The position numbers were made by a program, and so were the translations under genes. Below the pieces are notes generated by a model. That model did no database searches, was not told the origin of the DNA, and saw nothing but the letters and a program-made list of their open reading frames with translations. Positions 62,973 through 64,000 of a DNA stretch of 64,000 bases are shown here, one piece after another. The DNA comes from Mytilus edulis (Eukaryota). Every line of letters begins with the position of its first letter. The first letter of the stretch is position 1. Where the stretch lies: NCBI RefSeq assembly GCF_963676685.1, contig NC_092355.1:23312001-23376000 (forward strand), given 5' to 3'.

Positions 62973-64000
62973 ACCATAAGAGTCTAATTTTCAAACAACC
63001 TGTTTAAATTAACAGTTCAACAACTTTGGTTAACTTAATTTTGATATGATGTAAAAACAAAACACCTCTGTTCTAAGAGTGGAGCTCGATCTTGTGAAAA
63101 AGCAAAGTGTCTTTAGAATTACTATATGATTTTTTTTTTGTGTGCCGTGATTAATATAAACATTTTGTAATTCAAACAGATGGCATAATGCTTTAAAAGT
63201 ACACAATGACTGAAAAGGTTCTACGGAGCATTAAAAGTGCTATTGAAATTAGAAAGTGAGAGTTTTTTTCATGCATAAATAAAATCGTCATTTTAAAGAA
63301 AAACTATCAGTTGATGTAATTTTGGCATTCAAAATTCAAAAGAAAAATGTGTTTTTACATGATTGAAGTTTTGAAACTTAAATTGAAACATCATTAAAAT
63401 TTGAAAGAAACAGAAAGCTAAAAATAATCTGGAAAAAAAATCCTCTGTTCCTATCTGATGCATATTGCATGTATTTTATTTTAAACTGCAATATAAATAT
63501 TATGTCATCAAATTTTAATCAGAATGAAATCTAGTTTGAAAAAGCGATAAATTTTACCTGGGATGGTTTTGTAAATATTAATCCAAGGACGCGTTTATTT
63601 GATAAAGAAATGCTTATTTTGTAGTCAACGTACAATAGAAGTGTTTGTATGACTGTGAATACTAATGCTTTCACATGTACCGGGTGTGCATGTGGACTCT
63701 CATTATTCATAATGGTGTCAGAGTTGACGGCAGATTTTGGGTTGTTCCTGAACTTGTATATATAGTAACAGGTTGAAATGAGAAGGCTCCAGTTCAGGTT
63801 CTTATGTTGTCATATTAGTGCCTTCATTTTGTTTAAGCATCTTGAAAAATATCAGGCTGGAGTCTTCTTTTAACTATCTTAAGAAATTACAGATTTGAAG
63901 CCCTGTCAGACCAGTTCATGATACACATCTGTAGACAAAAAACAAGTCAGCTATAAAAAGCCCACAGACAAGACAAAATGTTGGTTTTTGTTTGTTTGAT

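Noticed and set aside
1-64000. Autonomous transposon, retroelement or viral ORFs, or a prokaryotic-type defence system
   Set aside because: No ORF is long enough and no RT, transposase or integrase motifs were seen. All mobile elements found are non-autonomous.

Overview
AT-rich, visibly CpG-depleted eukaryotic DNA with no convincing protein-coding gene. All listed ORFs are short, and the longest come from tandem repeats or SINE/MITE sequence. The repeat repertoire looks like a bivalve mollusc, most likely a Mytilus mussel; this is recognition from memory, not a database result. The window is probably a very large intron or an intergenic region. It is a mosaic of tRNA-derived V-type SINEs, a Deu/Nin-domain SINE, two related short retroposon-like families, and several MITE families with readable TSDs (TA, TAA, 4 bp, 5 bp, 9 bp). 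It also contains HINE/pearl-like elements and many local tandem arrays. The most notable observations are: (1) two decayed type I hammerhead-ribozyme motifs in a retrozyme-like repeat (~1.6 kb and ~6.9 kb); (2) one CCATGG-palindrome element (59.2 kb) whose adjacent sub-segments have been amplified separately into two different minisatellites (21.7 kb and 39.1 kb); (3) palindromic cores recurring in unrelated tandem arrays; (4) a group of MITEs with 5-bp TSDs (hAT5-like); (5) CpG-retaining patches that end at perfect GTAAGT donors and may be alternative first exons.
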